From: Mobula hypostoma
Taxonomy: Eukaryota
Length of the DNA stretch: 64,000 bases
Direction: 5' to 3'
Assembly: GCF_963921235.1 (NCBI RefSeq)
Contig: NC_086097.1
Span: 231,200,001-231,264,000, forward strand
Under the pieces are notes generated by a model. The model was not told the DNA's origin. It saw nothing but the letters and a program-made list of their open reading frames with translations, and ran no database searches. Shown here piece after piece: positions 50,654 to 63,699 of this stretch; positions within the stretch are counted from its first letter, which is position 1; each line of letters begins with the position of its first letter. Made by a program: the position numbers and the translations under genes.

Positions 50654-53571
50654 GTCCTACTGAAGGGTGCCGGCCTAAAACGCCGATTCTACTCTTTTCC
50701 ATAGATGCTGCCTTGGTATTCTATAGAGCCCCTGGTAGCAGCAGAGATACAGAGGAGCAGATTGGGAGGCAGATTTTGGAAAGGTGCAAAAATAACAGGG
50801 TTGTTATCATGGGTGACTTTAACTTCCCTAATATTGACTGGCACCAAGGGTTTAGATGGGGCAGAATTTGTTAAGTGTGTCCAGGATGGATTCCTGTCAC
50901 AGTATGTGGACAGGCCGACCAGGGGGGATGCCATACTAGATCTAGTATTAGGTAATGAAGCGGGTGAGGTCACAGATCTCTCAGTGGGTGAGCATCTGGG
51001 GGACAGTGACCACTGCTCCCTGGCCTTTATAATTATCATGGAAAAGGATAGAATCAAAGAGGACAGGAACATTTTTAATTGGGGAAAGGCAAATTATGAG
51101 GCTATAAGGCTAGAACTTGCGGGTGTAAATTGGGATGATGTTTTTGCAGGGAAATGTACTATGGACATGTGGTCGATGTTTAGAGATCTCTTGCGGGATG
51201 TAAGGGATAAATTTGTCCCGGTGAGGAAGATAAAAGAATGGTAGGGTGAAGGAACCATGGGTGACAAGTGAGGTGGAAAATCTAGTCAGGAGGAAGAAGG
51301 CAGCATACATGAGGTTTAGGAAGCAAGGATCAGCTGGGTCTATTGACAAATATAGGGAAGCAAGAAAGAAGCTTATGAAGGGGCTGAGAAGAGCAAGAAG
51401 GGGGCATGAGAAGCCCTTGGCGAGTAGGGTAAAGGAAAACCCCAAGGCATTCTTCAATTATGTGAAGAAAAAAAGGATGACAGGAGTGAAGGTAGGACCC
51501 ATTAGAGATAAAGGTGGGAAGATGTGCCTGGAGGCTGTGGAAGTGAGCGAGGTCCTCAATGAATACTTCTCTTCGGTATTCACCAATGAGAGGGAACTTG
51601 ATGATGGTGAGGACAATATGAGTGAAGTTGATGTTCTGGAGCATGCTGATATTAAGGGAGAGGAGGTGTTGGAGTTGTTAAAATACATTAGGACAGATAA
51701 GTCCCCAGGGCCTGACGGAATGTTCCTCAGGCTGCTCCACGAGGCGAGGGAAGAGATTGCTGAGCCTCTGGCTAGGATCTTTATGTCCTCGTTGTCCACG
51801 GGAATGGTACCGGAGGATTGGAGGGAGGCGAATGTTGTCCCCTTGTTCAAAAAAGGTAGTAGGGATAGTCCGGGTAATTATAGACCAGTGAGCCTTACGT
51901 CTGTGGTGGGAAAGCCGTTGGAAAAGATTCTTAGAGATAGGATCTATAGGCATTTAGAGAATCATGGTCTGATCAGGGACAGTCAGCATGGCTTTGTGAA
52001 GGGCAGATCGTGTCTAACAAGCCTGATAGAGTTCTTTGAGGAGGTGACCAGGCATATAGATGAGGGTAGTGCAGTGGATGTGATCTATATGGATTTTAGT
52101 AAGGCATTTGACAAGGTTCCACACGGTAGGCTTATTCAGAAAGTTAGAAGGCATGGGATCCAGGGAAGTTTGGCCAGGTGGATTCAGAATTGGCTTGCCT
52201 GCAGAAGGCAAAGGATGGTGGTGGAGGGAGTACATTCAGATTGGAGGATTGTGACTAGTGGTGTCCCACAAGGATCTGCTCTGGGACCTCTACTTTTCGT
52301 GAATTTTATTAACGACCTGGATGTGGGGGTAGAAAGGTGGGTTGGCAAGTTTGCAGATGACACAAAGGTTGGTGGTGTTGTAGATGGTGTAGAGGATTGT
52401 CAAAGATTGCAGAGAGACATTGATAGAATGCAGAAGTGGGCTGAGAAGTGGCAGATGGAGTTCAACCCGGAGAAGTGTGAGGTGGTACACTTTGGAAGGA
52501 CAAACTCCAAGGCAGAGTACAAAGTAAATGGCAGGATACTTGGTAGTGTGGAGGAGCACAGGGATCTCGGGGTACATGTCCACAGATCCCTGAAAGTTGC
52601 CTCACAGGTGGATAGGGTAGTTAAGAAAGCTTATGGGGTGTTAGCTTTCATAAGTTGAGGGATAGAGTTTAAGAGTCGTGATGTAATGATGCAGCTCTAT
52701 AAAACTCTGGTTAGGCCACACTTGGAGTACTGTGTCCAGTTTTGGTCACCTCACTATAGGAAGGATGTGGCAACATTGGAAAGGGTACAGAGGAGATTTA
52801 CCAGGATGCTGCCTGGTTTAGAAAGTATGCATTATGATCAGAGATTAAGGGAGCTAGGGCTTTACTCTTTGGAGAGAAGGAGGATGAGAGGAGACATGAT
52901 AGAGGTGTACAAGATAATAAGAGGAATAGATAGAGTGGATAGCCAGCGCCTCTTCCCCAGGGCACCACTGCTCAATACAAGAGGACATGGCTTTAAGGTA
53001 AGGGGTGGGAAGTTCAAGGGGGATATTAGAGGAAGGTTTTTTACTCAGAGAGTGGTTGGTGCGTGGAATGCACTGCCTGAGTCAGTGGTGGAGGCAGATA
53101 CACTAGTGAAGTTTAAGAGATTACTAGACAGGTATCTGGAGGAATCTAAGGTGGGGCTTATATGGGAGGCAGGGTTTGAGGGTCAGCACAACATTGTGGG
53201 CCGAAGGGCCTGTACTGTGCTGTACTATTCTATGTTCTCCTGAGTTCCTCTAGCATTTTGTATGTGTTGCTTGGATTTCCGGCTTCTGCAGATTTTCTCT
53301 TGTTTGTGATTGTACTACTACACTGTGAAGTCTCTTCCAGGGATGCCTACCCCGAAGAAGTCTAAATCTGCCCTTTGACGGAAGTTCAATGAAACCCTCC
53401 CTCACTGCTCCCCCTCTGTGATCTCTCCTGCCCTCCAGTCTTGCTGAAGGGTGTCGGCCCGAAACATTGACTGTACTCTTTTCCATAGATACTGCCTGGC
53501 CTGCCGAGTTCCTCCAGCTTTTGTGTGTGTTGCTTGGATTTCTAGCATCTGCAGATTTTCTCTTGCTTGTG
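50654..53571 (+). mobile_element. Tandem Penelope pLTR remnant (50654-50712, 53239-53571) interrupted by a younger CR1
   Basis: pLTR breaks at AGATGCTGCC and resumes CTGAGTTCCTCTAGC at 53240; second direct pLTR copy 53437-53571. Confidence 0.75.
50712..53238 (+). mobile_element. Young 5'-truncated CR1 LINE (ORF2 with few lesions)
   Basis: ORFs 50705-51244 (LDLVL, SDH), 51246-52658 (KSPGPDG, NYRPVSLTS, GVPQGS, FADD) and 52686-53243; TTCTATGTTCT terminus. Confidence 0.95.
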
Positions 53572-55678
53572 ATAGGTTAGAACTTTATTTCTTGAAACGT
53601 AGAAGATTAAGAGAAGATTTGATAGAGGTATACAAAATTATGAGGGGTATAGACAGGGTAAACACAAGCAGGCTTTTTCCACTGAGGTTGGGTGGGACTA
53701 CAACCTGAAGCCATGGGTTGAGGGTGAAAGGTGAAAAGTACAAAGGGAACATGAGGGGAAACTTCTTCACTCAGAGGGTTGTGGCAGTGTGGAACAAGCT
53801 GTCCGCACAAATGGTGAATGCAAACTTGATTTCAACATCTAAGAGAATTGGTATAAGTTCCAGGATAGTAGGGGTATGGAAGGCAATGGTCCCAGTGCAC
53901 GTTCATGGGAGTAGGCAGTTTAAATGGTTCAGTATGGACTTGATGGGCTGAAGGGCCTGTATCTGTGCTGTACTTTTCTATGAGTCTATGGGAGTACGCT
54001 AGGTCCAAACATCATCAGGATCATCATCAGAGGCTGAGTATACTGGTGGGTTCATTGGTTCTGATTCCAAAACTTCTTGTAGTATTTAAAAGGTGCACCA
54101 GGAGTGGGATGGAATACTTGCCTCGATGCCGCTCCAATATCATAAAATGTAACTCAACATGATCATGGACAATGTAACTGAACTGACTGAACCCAGACCA
54201 CAACCAATGTTCATTTTGTCAAAATTTGCAATGCCCACTAAGTGTAGCATTTACAGATTACGGATTGTGGCAACCTTAGTGGCAAGTGTGCAATGGTGCT
54301 TATCTATGCAAAGCAACTAAATAATTCAAATAAGACTATCGTGGCAGGACAGGTGATGTTTGCAGTTACAGGATGAAGGAGCTGATGGCAACACTTATGA
54401 CCAATTCTAGTATTAGTATCTGCAGCTCAGACAACTTCACAGTTGATGAGCTGAAGTCTAAGATTTGGACAGTGCAATACATCAGGAAAGATGTGTGAGG
54501 TGACGTAGGGGCAGGGGTGGGGGTAGGTGGGTGCGGAAGTTACTTGGCCGGTGTTCCAAAAGGCATTTACAACCCTAAAGTGTTTGCAGAGTGGCAGTGG
54601 AAGCTGGGTGTCACTGTACACAAAATCACCAATATTATTCTTTTATTTATTGGGATACAGCATGGAATAGACCCTTCAAGCACACCATCCAGCAAACCCC
54701 TGATTTAATCCTGGCCTCATTTTAAATGTGCTTGCTATATGTGCCTTGCACTGTGTATGACTGTTGATATTGTTTTGCACCACAGTAATGCTGTTTCATT
54801 TAGCTATATTCATGGGTATTCATGTATGGTTAAATGTCAATTAAACTTGAACTTGGACGGATAAAAGTCACAGGTTTCAAAGGGAAGTACAGAAAAGCAG
54901 CACCAAGGGCAGTGATACTCTTATCAAATGTCAGAAAGCACCAAAGGCCAAAAGGCTCTTTTTCTTTCTCCTTGTGTTCATCAAATTCAGTCTCTGCAAA
55001 GGGATGAGATACAGTTCTTAAGGCTTAAGCAAGCAAAGGATTTGGGAAGAAAGCAGGAACTCTAGTTGAATTGAATTGAGATTTTTACACTAAACAGCCA
55101 ACCAGGCTCCAAGGGACTCTTGTCCTAATCCTAACTTCTATATTTCCATAGAAACATACACAGCTCACTTCTACCTCTTGGCAACCAGCCACAAGCAGGA
55201 CCATTTTGGAAGACCAATCATTTCAGCCTTCATTTCAAAATTGACCAAAAATGACCAATCATTTTTTTTCCCAACATAGCAAATATTTTGCACCTTGTTT
55301 CTGTTCTCACAACATTGACTCAATTGCCTCACATCAGTACCGTCTCTTCCAGCACACACTGCCTCTTGAATAGTTTTCACTTTCTGCATCTCAGCCAGCT
55401 CATTTCACGACATTCAATCCCTTTACACTTCTATCCACGTCAGGATGGACAGAGTCCCAACCAACTGCCCTCCAACAAGAGAATGTCCTCATCCTAAACA
55501 AGTTCGTTAACCCCATTAGATTATGCCAAATCCGATGTGGCTTTGTGAACCCAAGGATTCACGCTAAACCTTCCTTATTTTGCAATGCATGAAACAATAC
55601 TTGCTTCAATCCAATTCAAGCCTCCTTCTTCACATCTTTCCCAATAATTAACTACTTGATTTTGAATGAAGAGCATAC

Positions 55679-56631
55679 TGTGACAAGAATACACATAGAT
55701 AGGATGTTAGCTGTCCTGTGTGATCAGCAGTTGGTCTGCCACCTGTCTTCAAGAGAGAGATAAGGAAAACAATGGAGCAGCTTTGGAGATGTGTAATGAA
55801 GGGACGGGAGAGAGAGCTGTCTAGAGCGGCTCCCCCTTTGAACCCTGAACTGTTTGAAGTGATGGACAGGCGATCTGGAGATGTGTAATGAAGGGACGGG
55901 AGAGAGAGCTGTCTAGAGTGGCTCCCCCTTTGAACCCTGAACTGTTTGAAGTGATGGACAGGTGATACCCCAGCAGGGGGATAAAAAGGGACAGGTTCGC
56001 TAAGGCAGGACACACACGACACCCAAGGTAACGAGAACCTGGAAGCGGTGCCCTCCCGCAAGTCGGCGGGAGTCGTTTGGAGGGCTGGTTGCGGAACCAA
56101 GCCTTAGACGCACAGGGTGGAAAGGTACGATCAGCGGGAACCCGGTGTGTGTCCGCCCTTGCTTGGGTGCCAGGTTCACTGCAGAGGATCGACCGCATCT
56201 GGAGGAGGGGTCACAGTCGGTGACCTCAGGTGACATCACAAAGGACTCGCCCGAAAGCTGCTTGTGAGCAATATCGCAGGTCTGTGAGTGGAAGCCGTTT
56301 TGAATGATCATTCGTTCTCGTTCTCTCTCTCCTCCCCCCCACATTGTCCATCGCCATGGCAACGATTGCTGCGAACTGAACTAAATTGGACTGAACTTTG
56401 CATCACTTTGAAATTGGTCATTTACCCCTAGACAACGATAAAGCTTGATTGATCCTGTTATCTTAATTCTGTGCACATGTGTTTATCATTGCTGAACTGT
56501 TGCATTTATTATCCTTTCGATTACTGTGTTGCTTGTTTCTTTAATAAAACTTTCTTAGTTCTAGTAATCCAGACTCCAACTGAGTGATCCATTTCTGCTG
56601 GTTTGGCAACCCAGTTACGGGGTACGTAACA
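55679..56631 (+). mobile_element. Solo LTR
   Basis: TGTGAC...GTAACA ends; 4-bp TSD ATAC (55675-55678 and 56632-56635); TATA-like GATAAAA at about 55980; AATAAA at about 56543. Confidence 0.9.
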
Positions 56632-56842
56632 ATACGAAGAGAATGCCTCTACTAGTGAGATATTAAACCAAGAATCACTGTGATAAAATTATAGCTCATC
56701 CATTTAAGCCAGAGATGAAATAAAATATCCTCTCTCAGGGAGGGTCACAAATCACTGGTACTATGAGGCTCTAAGGCTGGTAGACGCAAAAATCGTCAAA
56801 GCAGATTTTCAAAGTTCAAAGTAAATTGATTATCAAATAATG

Positions 56843-57675
56843 TCGTCTTCGTTGTGGCTATCCCTTGAGGTCGAGGATGATGGTCTTCGTTCTGTTGATC
56901 TACTTATGGGCTCTCAAATGGCTTACGAGTCCAATCTTGGCTTTGGAAGTTCTTCCGCATTCAGGACAGGTAGTTCCAGATGGTAGATCGGGCTTTGGTT
57001 GTTACTGCCTCTCTTTCCATTTTCTTCTCTTTTCTTCTAATTCTGCACATCCGTTAGCTTCGAAAGTTGTTGTTCCTTCTCGGATTGTCCTTGGCATTGG
57101 TTTCCCAATTGTTGATGTCGATGTTACATTTCTTCATGTTGGCTTTCTTCATCTTTGAATCGCTTCTGTTGTTCGCCCCTTTTACGTTTGCCTTCTTTAA
57201 GCTGGGAGTAGAAGATTTGTTTTGGCAGACGTTCGTCTTTCATCCGAACAACATGACCGCTCCATCGTAGTTGGTTCTTGATGACGTAGGCTTCAATGCT
57301 TGTTGTTTTTGCTTCAATTAGCATGCTGACGTTGGTTCTTCTATCTTCCCAGCTGATATTTAAGATGTTTCGAAGACAGTGTTGATGGAACTTTTCAAAT
57401 GCCTTCAGATGTCGTCGGTATGTTGTCCAGGTTTCTGATGCATACAGGAGCATTGGGATTACCACTGCTTTGTACACTAACATTTTGGTGTCTGTTCGGA
57501 TGTCATGATCCTGAAAGACTCTTGTTCGGAGACGTCCAAAAGCTGTTCCAGCACATTTAAGACGATGTTGGATCTCGTCACTAAGGTCGACATTGGAGGA
57601 GAGGTGAATTCCAAGATACGGAAAGTGGTCCACGTTTGCCAGGGTTGTTTTGCCAAGTTGAATTGATGGTTCTAT
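56843..57675 (-). mobile_element. RTE-clade LINE 3' fragment
   Basis: ORF 57124-57633 HFPYLG...AFGRLRTRVF...LLYASETW...QLRWSGHVVRM..RLPKQI; terminal CPEC...SHLRAH zinc finger. Confidence 0.9.
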
Positions 57676-57799
57676 CTAAACTGATTATCGAATAATGTAC
57701 ATGTCACCATATATTACCCTGAGATTCATTTTCTTGTAGGCATTCACAATAGAAACAAGAAATAAAATGGAATCAGTGAATAACTACACACAAAGACTA

Positions 57800-60338
57800 C
57801 AAGATTATGACCAGAATGAGGCCATTTCGAGCCTTGAATCTGCTCCATTATTCTATCATGGCTGATTTGTTATCCCTCTCAACCCCATTCTCCTGCGTCT
57901 TCATGTAATCTTTGACGTCCTGACTAATCAAGAAACCATCAACCTCTGCTTTAAATATACTGTATCTAATGAATTAGCCTCCACAGCCATCTGTGGCAAT
58001 GAATTCCACAGATTCACCACCCTCTGGCTAAAGAAATTCCTCCTAATCTTTTCTAAATGGTGGCCCTTGTATTCTGACGCTGTGCCCTCTGGTCCTGATT
58101 CCCCAATTTTGGAAACATCCTTTCTACATCACTCTATGTGGGCCTTTCAACTTTCGATAGGTTTCAATGAGATCCCTTCTCATTCTTCTAAATTCCATTG
58201 AGTACGTACCCAGAGCCCTCAAAGGCTCCTCGTACATTAACCCTTCGTTCCCGGAATCATTCATATGAAACAATACAGGACAATGTCAGCACAACTTTTA
58301 TTAAATAAGTGGCCCAAAACTGTTCACAATTCTCCAAGTGCGGTCTAACCAATACCTTATAAAGCCTCAGCATTATATCCTTCCATTTGCTTTCCTTAAC
58401 ACCGACTCAACCTACAAATGAACCTTCAGGGTATCCTGCACGAGGACTGCTAAGTCCCTTTGCACCTCCGATTTCAGAATTGTATCCACATTTAGAAAAC
58501 TGCCTACACTTTCATTCCCTCTTGAAAATCATGACCATACATTTCCCTACATTGTATTCCATCTGCCACTTCCTTGCCCGTTCACAGACTCTGTCTAAAT
58601 CCTTCAGCAGATTCTCTGCTTCCTCAACACTTCCTACTCCTCCACCCATTTTCGTATTGTCTGCAAAGCTGGTCATAAATCCACCAATTCTGTCATCCAA
58701 AGTCATTGACATATGTGAAAAGAAGAAGTGTTAACCCAACACTGGCCTCTGCAGAACACCACTAGTCACCAGCAGTCAACCAGAAAAGGCTCCCTTTATT
58801 CCCACTCTTTGCCTCCTGCCAGTCAGCCAATCTTCTATTTATGCTCGTTTTTCTCCTGACATACCATGGCCTCTTAACTTGTTAAGTAGCTTTATGCGCA
58901 GCACCTTGTCAAAGGCCTTTTGAAAATCCAAGTAAACAATGTCCAATGATTCTCCTTTGTCTATCCTGCCTGTTATTTCCTCAAAAGAATTCCAATAGAT
59001 TCGTCTGGCAAGATTTCCTGTTGAGAAAACCATGCTAACTTTGGCCTATTTTATCATGTGCCTCCAAGCACCCTGAAACCTCATTCTTAGTAATAGACTC
59101 CATCATCTTTCCAACCACTGAAGTCAGCCTAACTGGCCTATAATTTCCTTTCTTGTCTCCCTCCCACCCCCACCTTTTCTTAAAGAGTGGGAGTAGAATG
59201 ACATTTGCAATTTTCCAGTCCTCAGAAGCCATTACAGAATCAGTGATTCTTCAAAGATCATTACTAATGGCTCCACAACCTCCTCAGCTACCTCTTTCAA
59301 AACCCTGGGGTACAGTCCATCTGGGCCAGGCGAACCTCTGGATCTTTCAGAGCTTTCCAAGCAACTTCTTAGTAATAGCAACTACACTCACTTCTGCCCT
59401 CTGACACTCTAAAATTTCCCGCATACTGCTGGGTCTTCCACAGTGAAGTATGGCACAAAATACTGATTAAGTTTGCACGCCATTTCTGACATCCATTACT
59501 CCTTCTCCAGCGTAATTCTCCAAGCAGTCCAATATCCACTCTTATCTCTCTTTCACTCTTTATACTTCTAAAAAAAACCTTTTGTATCTACTTTTATATC
59601 ATTAGCTAACTTACCTTCATATTTCATCTCTTCTCTGTTGGTTTTTAAATTGCCTTCTGTTGGTTTTTAAAAGCTACCCTGAACTTTAACTTTTCATGAA
59701 TACTTGCTGCATTGCATGCCCTTTCTTTTGCTTTAATGGTGTCTTTGACTTCCCTTGTCAACCATAGTTGCTCATCCTCCCTTTAGAATACTACTACTAC
59801 TTCGGGATGTATCTATCCTGCACCTTCTGAACCGCTCCCAGAAACTCCAGTCGTTCCTGTTCTGCCACCAGGAATCAACAGGCTCTGGGAGCTTCCACCA
59901 GGCCATCAAATGGCTTAACTCATGCTGACACAACTGTATTTCTAAGTTATATTGACTATCCTGTTGTACATAAATTACTATAAATTGCACATTTAGACGG
60001 AGACGTAAAGTAAAGATTTTTCCTCCTCGGGTACATGAAGGATGCAAGTAATAAAGTCAATTCAATCATCCCTGCTCGTGCCCCTTCCAATCAACGTTGG
60101 TCAGCTCCCCTCTAATGCATCTGTAATCCACTTTACTCCACGGTAATACCGAGACATCTGACTTTAACTTCTCCCTCTCAAATTGCAGGGTGAATTCTAT
60201 CATATTATGATCACTGCCTCCTAAGAATTCCTATACCTTAAGCTCCCTAATCAAATTTGGTTGATTACACAACACACAATCCAGAATTGCTTTTTCTTTA
60301 GTGGGCTCAAACAAAAGCTGCTCTAAAAGCCATCTCAT
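57800..60338 (-). mobile_element. Decayed CR1 LINE with a Rex-type tail inserted at about 59860-60066
   Basis: EDWKIANV, NYRPVRLTS, LDFQKAFDKV and FADNTK remnants. Confidence 0.85.
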
Positions 60339-60419
60339 GCCACAGTATTTGCCAAACTATGCAAACCATTAAAAAAAACAATACTGAGAACGAGTTGAAA
60401 ATGAGTCCATAGATTCTGT

Positions 60420-62540
60420 TCAGTTCGGTGTTGAAGAGAGTGAAGTTATCCACACTGCTTCAGGAGACTGATGATGGTAGGGCAATAACTGTTCCTGAAC
60501 CTGATCTTTAGGACCCAAAGGCCTCCTTCCAGATGGCAGCAGCGAGAAGAGAGTATGGTGGAGGTCTTTGATGATGGAATATGCCTTCGTGTGGTAGCAC
60601 TCCTGTAGATGTGCTCAGTGCTGGGGAGAGCTCGTCTTGTAATGAACTGGGCTGCATCTACTACATTCTGTAGGCGTTTCCATTCTTGAGCATTGGTATT
60701 TTCATACCAGGCCGTGATGCAATCAGTCAGGATACTCTCTACTGTGCACCTACAGAAGTCCATTAAAGATTTAGATGACTTTAGGAGAGTAGAGTCACTG
60801 TCATGCTTTCTTTCTAATGGTATTTATGTGCAGGACCCAGGACAGATCCTCTGAAATCCTCAGTTCTTTTGTTTTGCTGATGTTGAGTGAGAAGTGGTGC
60901 TATCAGCAAACTTAAATATGGCATTGGAGCTGTCCTTAGCCTCACAGTTATAAGTGTAAAGTGATTAAAACAGAGGACTAAGCACACAGCTTTGTGGTGC
61001 ATCTGTGCTGATGGCAATTGTGGAGATGTTGTTGCTGATCCAAATGTTACGAGAATACACATAAAATTAAGATGTTTGCTGGCCTGGGCTAGCATCAGTG
61101 GCATCAGCAGTTGGTCTGCCACCTGACCTCAGGGGAAGGAGAGATAAGGAACAATGGAGCAGCGTCTGGAGATGTGTAATGAAGGGATGTGGGAGGGAGA
61201 GCTGTCTGGAGCGGCTCCCCCCTTTGAACCCTGAACTGTTTGAAGTGATGGACAGGCGATACCCCAGCAGGGGGATAAAAAGGGACAGGTTCGCTAAGAC
61301 AGACACACACGCCACCCGAGGTAACGAGACCCTGGAAGCGGTACGCTTCTCACGAGTGGGTGAGAAGTACCAGACAACGACCAGGGTGGAAAGGTACGAT
61401 CAGCGGGAACCCGGTGTGTGTCCGCCCTTGCCTGGGTGCCGGGTTCACTGCAGAGGATCGACCGCATCTGGAGGAGGGGTCACAGTCGGTGACCTCAGGT
61501 GACATCACCAAGGACCCGCCCAAATGCTGTTTGTGAGCCATCTCGCTGGTCTGTGAGTGAAGCTGTGCTGAATGATGAGTTGTTCCTATTCTATGTCTCT
61601 CTTCCCCACCCTGTCCATCGCCATGACAACGATTACTGCGAACTGAACTACAAACTGGACTGAACTTTGAGTAATTTTGAAATTGGTCATTTACCCCTAG
61701 ACAACGATAGAGCTTGATTGATGCTGTTATCTTAATTCTGTGCACATGTGTGGTTATCATTGTTGAATTGTTGCATTTATTATCCTTTCGATTACTGTGT
61801 TGCTTGTTTCTTTAATAAAACTTTCTTAGTTCTAGTACTCCAGACTCCAACTGAGTGATCCATTTCTACTGGTTTGGCAACCCAGTTACTGGGTACGTAA
61901 CATAAGTGGGGTCTTATGAGAGAGAGAGAGAGAGAACAGGAACAACTCATCATTCAGCACAGCTTCACTCACAGACCAGCGAGATGGCTCACAAACAGCA
62001 TTTGGGCGGGTCCTTGGTGATGTCACCTGAGGTCACCGACTGTGACCCCTCCTCCAGATGCGGTCGATCCTCTGCAGTGAACCCGGCACCCAGGCAAGGG
62101 CGGACACACACCGGGTTCCCGCTGATCGTACCTTTCCACCCTGGTCGTTGTCTGGTACTTCTCACCCACTCGTGAGAAGCGTACCGCTTCCAGGGTCTCG
62201 TTACCTCGGGTGGCGTGTGTGTCTGTCTTAGCGAACCTGTCCCTTTTTATCCCCCTGCTGGGGTATCACCTGTCCATCACTTCAAACAGTTCAGGGTTCA
62301 AAGGGGGGAGCCGCTCCAGACAGCTCTCCCTCCCACATCCCTTCATTACACATCTCCAGACGCTGCTCCATTGTTCCTTATCTCTCCTTCCCCTGAGGGC
62401 AGGTGGCAGACCAACTGCTGATGCCACTGATGCTAGCCCAGGCCAGCAAACATCTTAATTTTATGTGTATTCTCGTAACACAAACTACTTGGGGTGAAGT
62501 ATCATCAAGATGGTGCTGGTGATACATGACAACATTTTCT
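60420..62540 (-). mobile_element. Rex1/Babar-type LINE fragment (60420-61044, continuing after 62480) hosting the inverted LTR
   Basis: ORF 60446-60763 FCRCTVESILTDCITAWY...FRNSYCPTIISLL; FADS remnant near 60905. Confidence 0.75.
61045..62480. mobile_element. Inverted LTR insertion: full LTR (+) 61045-61902, short spacer, partial LTR (-) about 61930-62480
   Basis: Same family as 55679-56631; both outer ends are TGTTACGAGAATACAC; TSD CAAA at 61041-61044 and 62481-62484. Confidence 0.9.
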
Positions 62541-62544
62541 GGGT

Positions 62545-63238
62545 AGAGTCATAGAAAAGTGCAGCATAAACGCTCTTCAGCCCATCTAGTCTATGCTGAA
62601 ACCTTTTAAACTGCCTACTCCCATAGACCTGCACCGGGACCATAGACCTCCATACCCCTACTACCAACGTACCTATCCATATTTCTCTTAAACATTGAAA
62701 TCGAGCTCAGGTGCACCACTTGTGCTGGCAGCTCATTCCACACTCCCACGACTCTGAGTGAAGTTTCCCCTCATATTCCCCTGAAACTTTTCATCTTTCA
62801 CCCTTAGCCCATGACCTCTGGTTGTACTCCCACCCAACCTCAGAGGAAAAACCTGCTTGTATTTACCCTATCTATACCCCTCATAATTTTGTATACCTCT
62901 ATCAAATCTCCTCTCAATCTTCTACATTCTAAGGAATAAAGTCCTAACCTATTCAATCTTTCCTTATAACTCAGGTCCTCCAGACCTGGCAACAGCTTTC
63001 TAAATCTTCTCTGTACCCTTTCAATTTCATTTACATCTTTCCTGTAGGTAGGTAACCAAAATTGTACACAATACTCCAAATTAGGCCTCAACAACATCAT
63101 TTACAACTCCAACATAACATCCCATCTCCTGTACTCAATACATTGATTTATGAAAGCCAATGTGCCAAAAGCTTTCTTTATGACCCTATCTACCATGACG
63201 CCACTTTCAATGAATGATGGACCTGTATTCCCAGATTC
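62545..63238 (-). mobile_element. CR1 LINE 3' fragment
   Basis: ORF 62840-63100 RPNLEYCVQFW...RLRGDLIEVYKIMRG; CR1 terminus. Confidence 0.9.
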
Positions 63239-63699
63239 CCATGAAACCACTAGATTTTTCATAGGCATGTTGAGGTTGTATGTATAGCCATTATGTTAAA
63301 CAGTGGTTGAATAAGCTCAAGGGACCCAATGGTTGACTTTTGCCCCAAGTTCATATCTTGGTGCAGAACTGGTAGTGACGGATTTGATTGTCAAGATGGC
63401 AGCTGAGGAGAAGGTTTGAAGTGTTCCCAAAAGATTGCTGCTTTTTCAACGATCATTATCAGGCTCCAGAACATATTCCGCTGATTCTGACCTTCTAATC
63501 ACATAATTAAACATTTTTCTACTCTTTCCGTTATAACAATTTTGCCATTGTAAAGTGCAATGCACTTCCACGGTGACATTTGGCCACTAATTTTCATTTT
63601 GATCCTCTTCTTATGGACTGTTTGCACTACTGATGTGGCAAGATTTACCAAACTTTATGTCCACCTACTTTCTTCTTTTACAAACTTATAAGTTACACC

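Larger units (their letters stand above)
49925..53990 (+). mobile_element. Older CR1 LINE fragment (49925-50640 and 53572-53990) split by a Penelope/CR1 nest
   Basis: SKAFDKVPH and FADD-region remnants on the left; RRRLREDLIEVYKIMRG, FFTQRVV and the CR1 terminus on the right. Confidence 0.8.
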
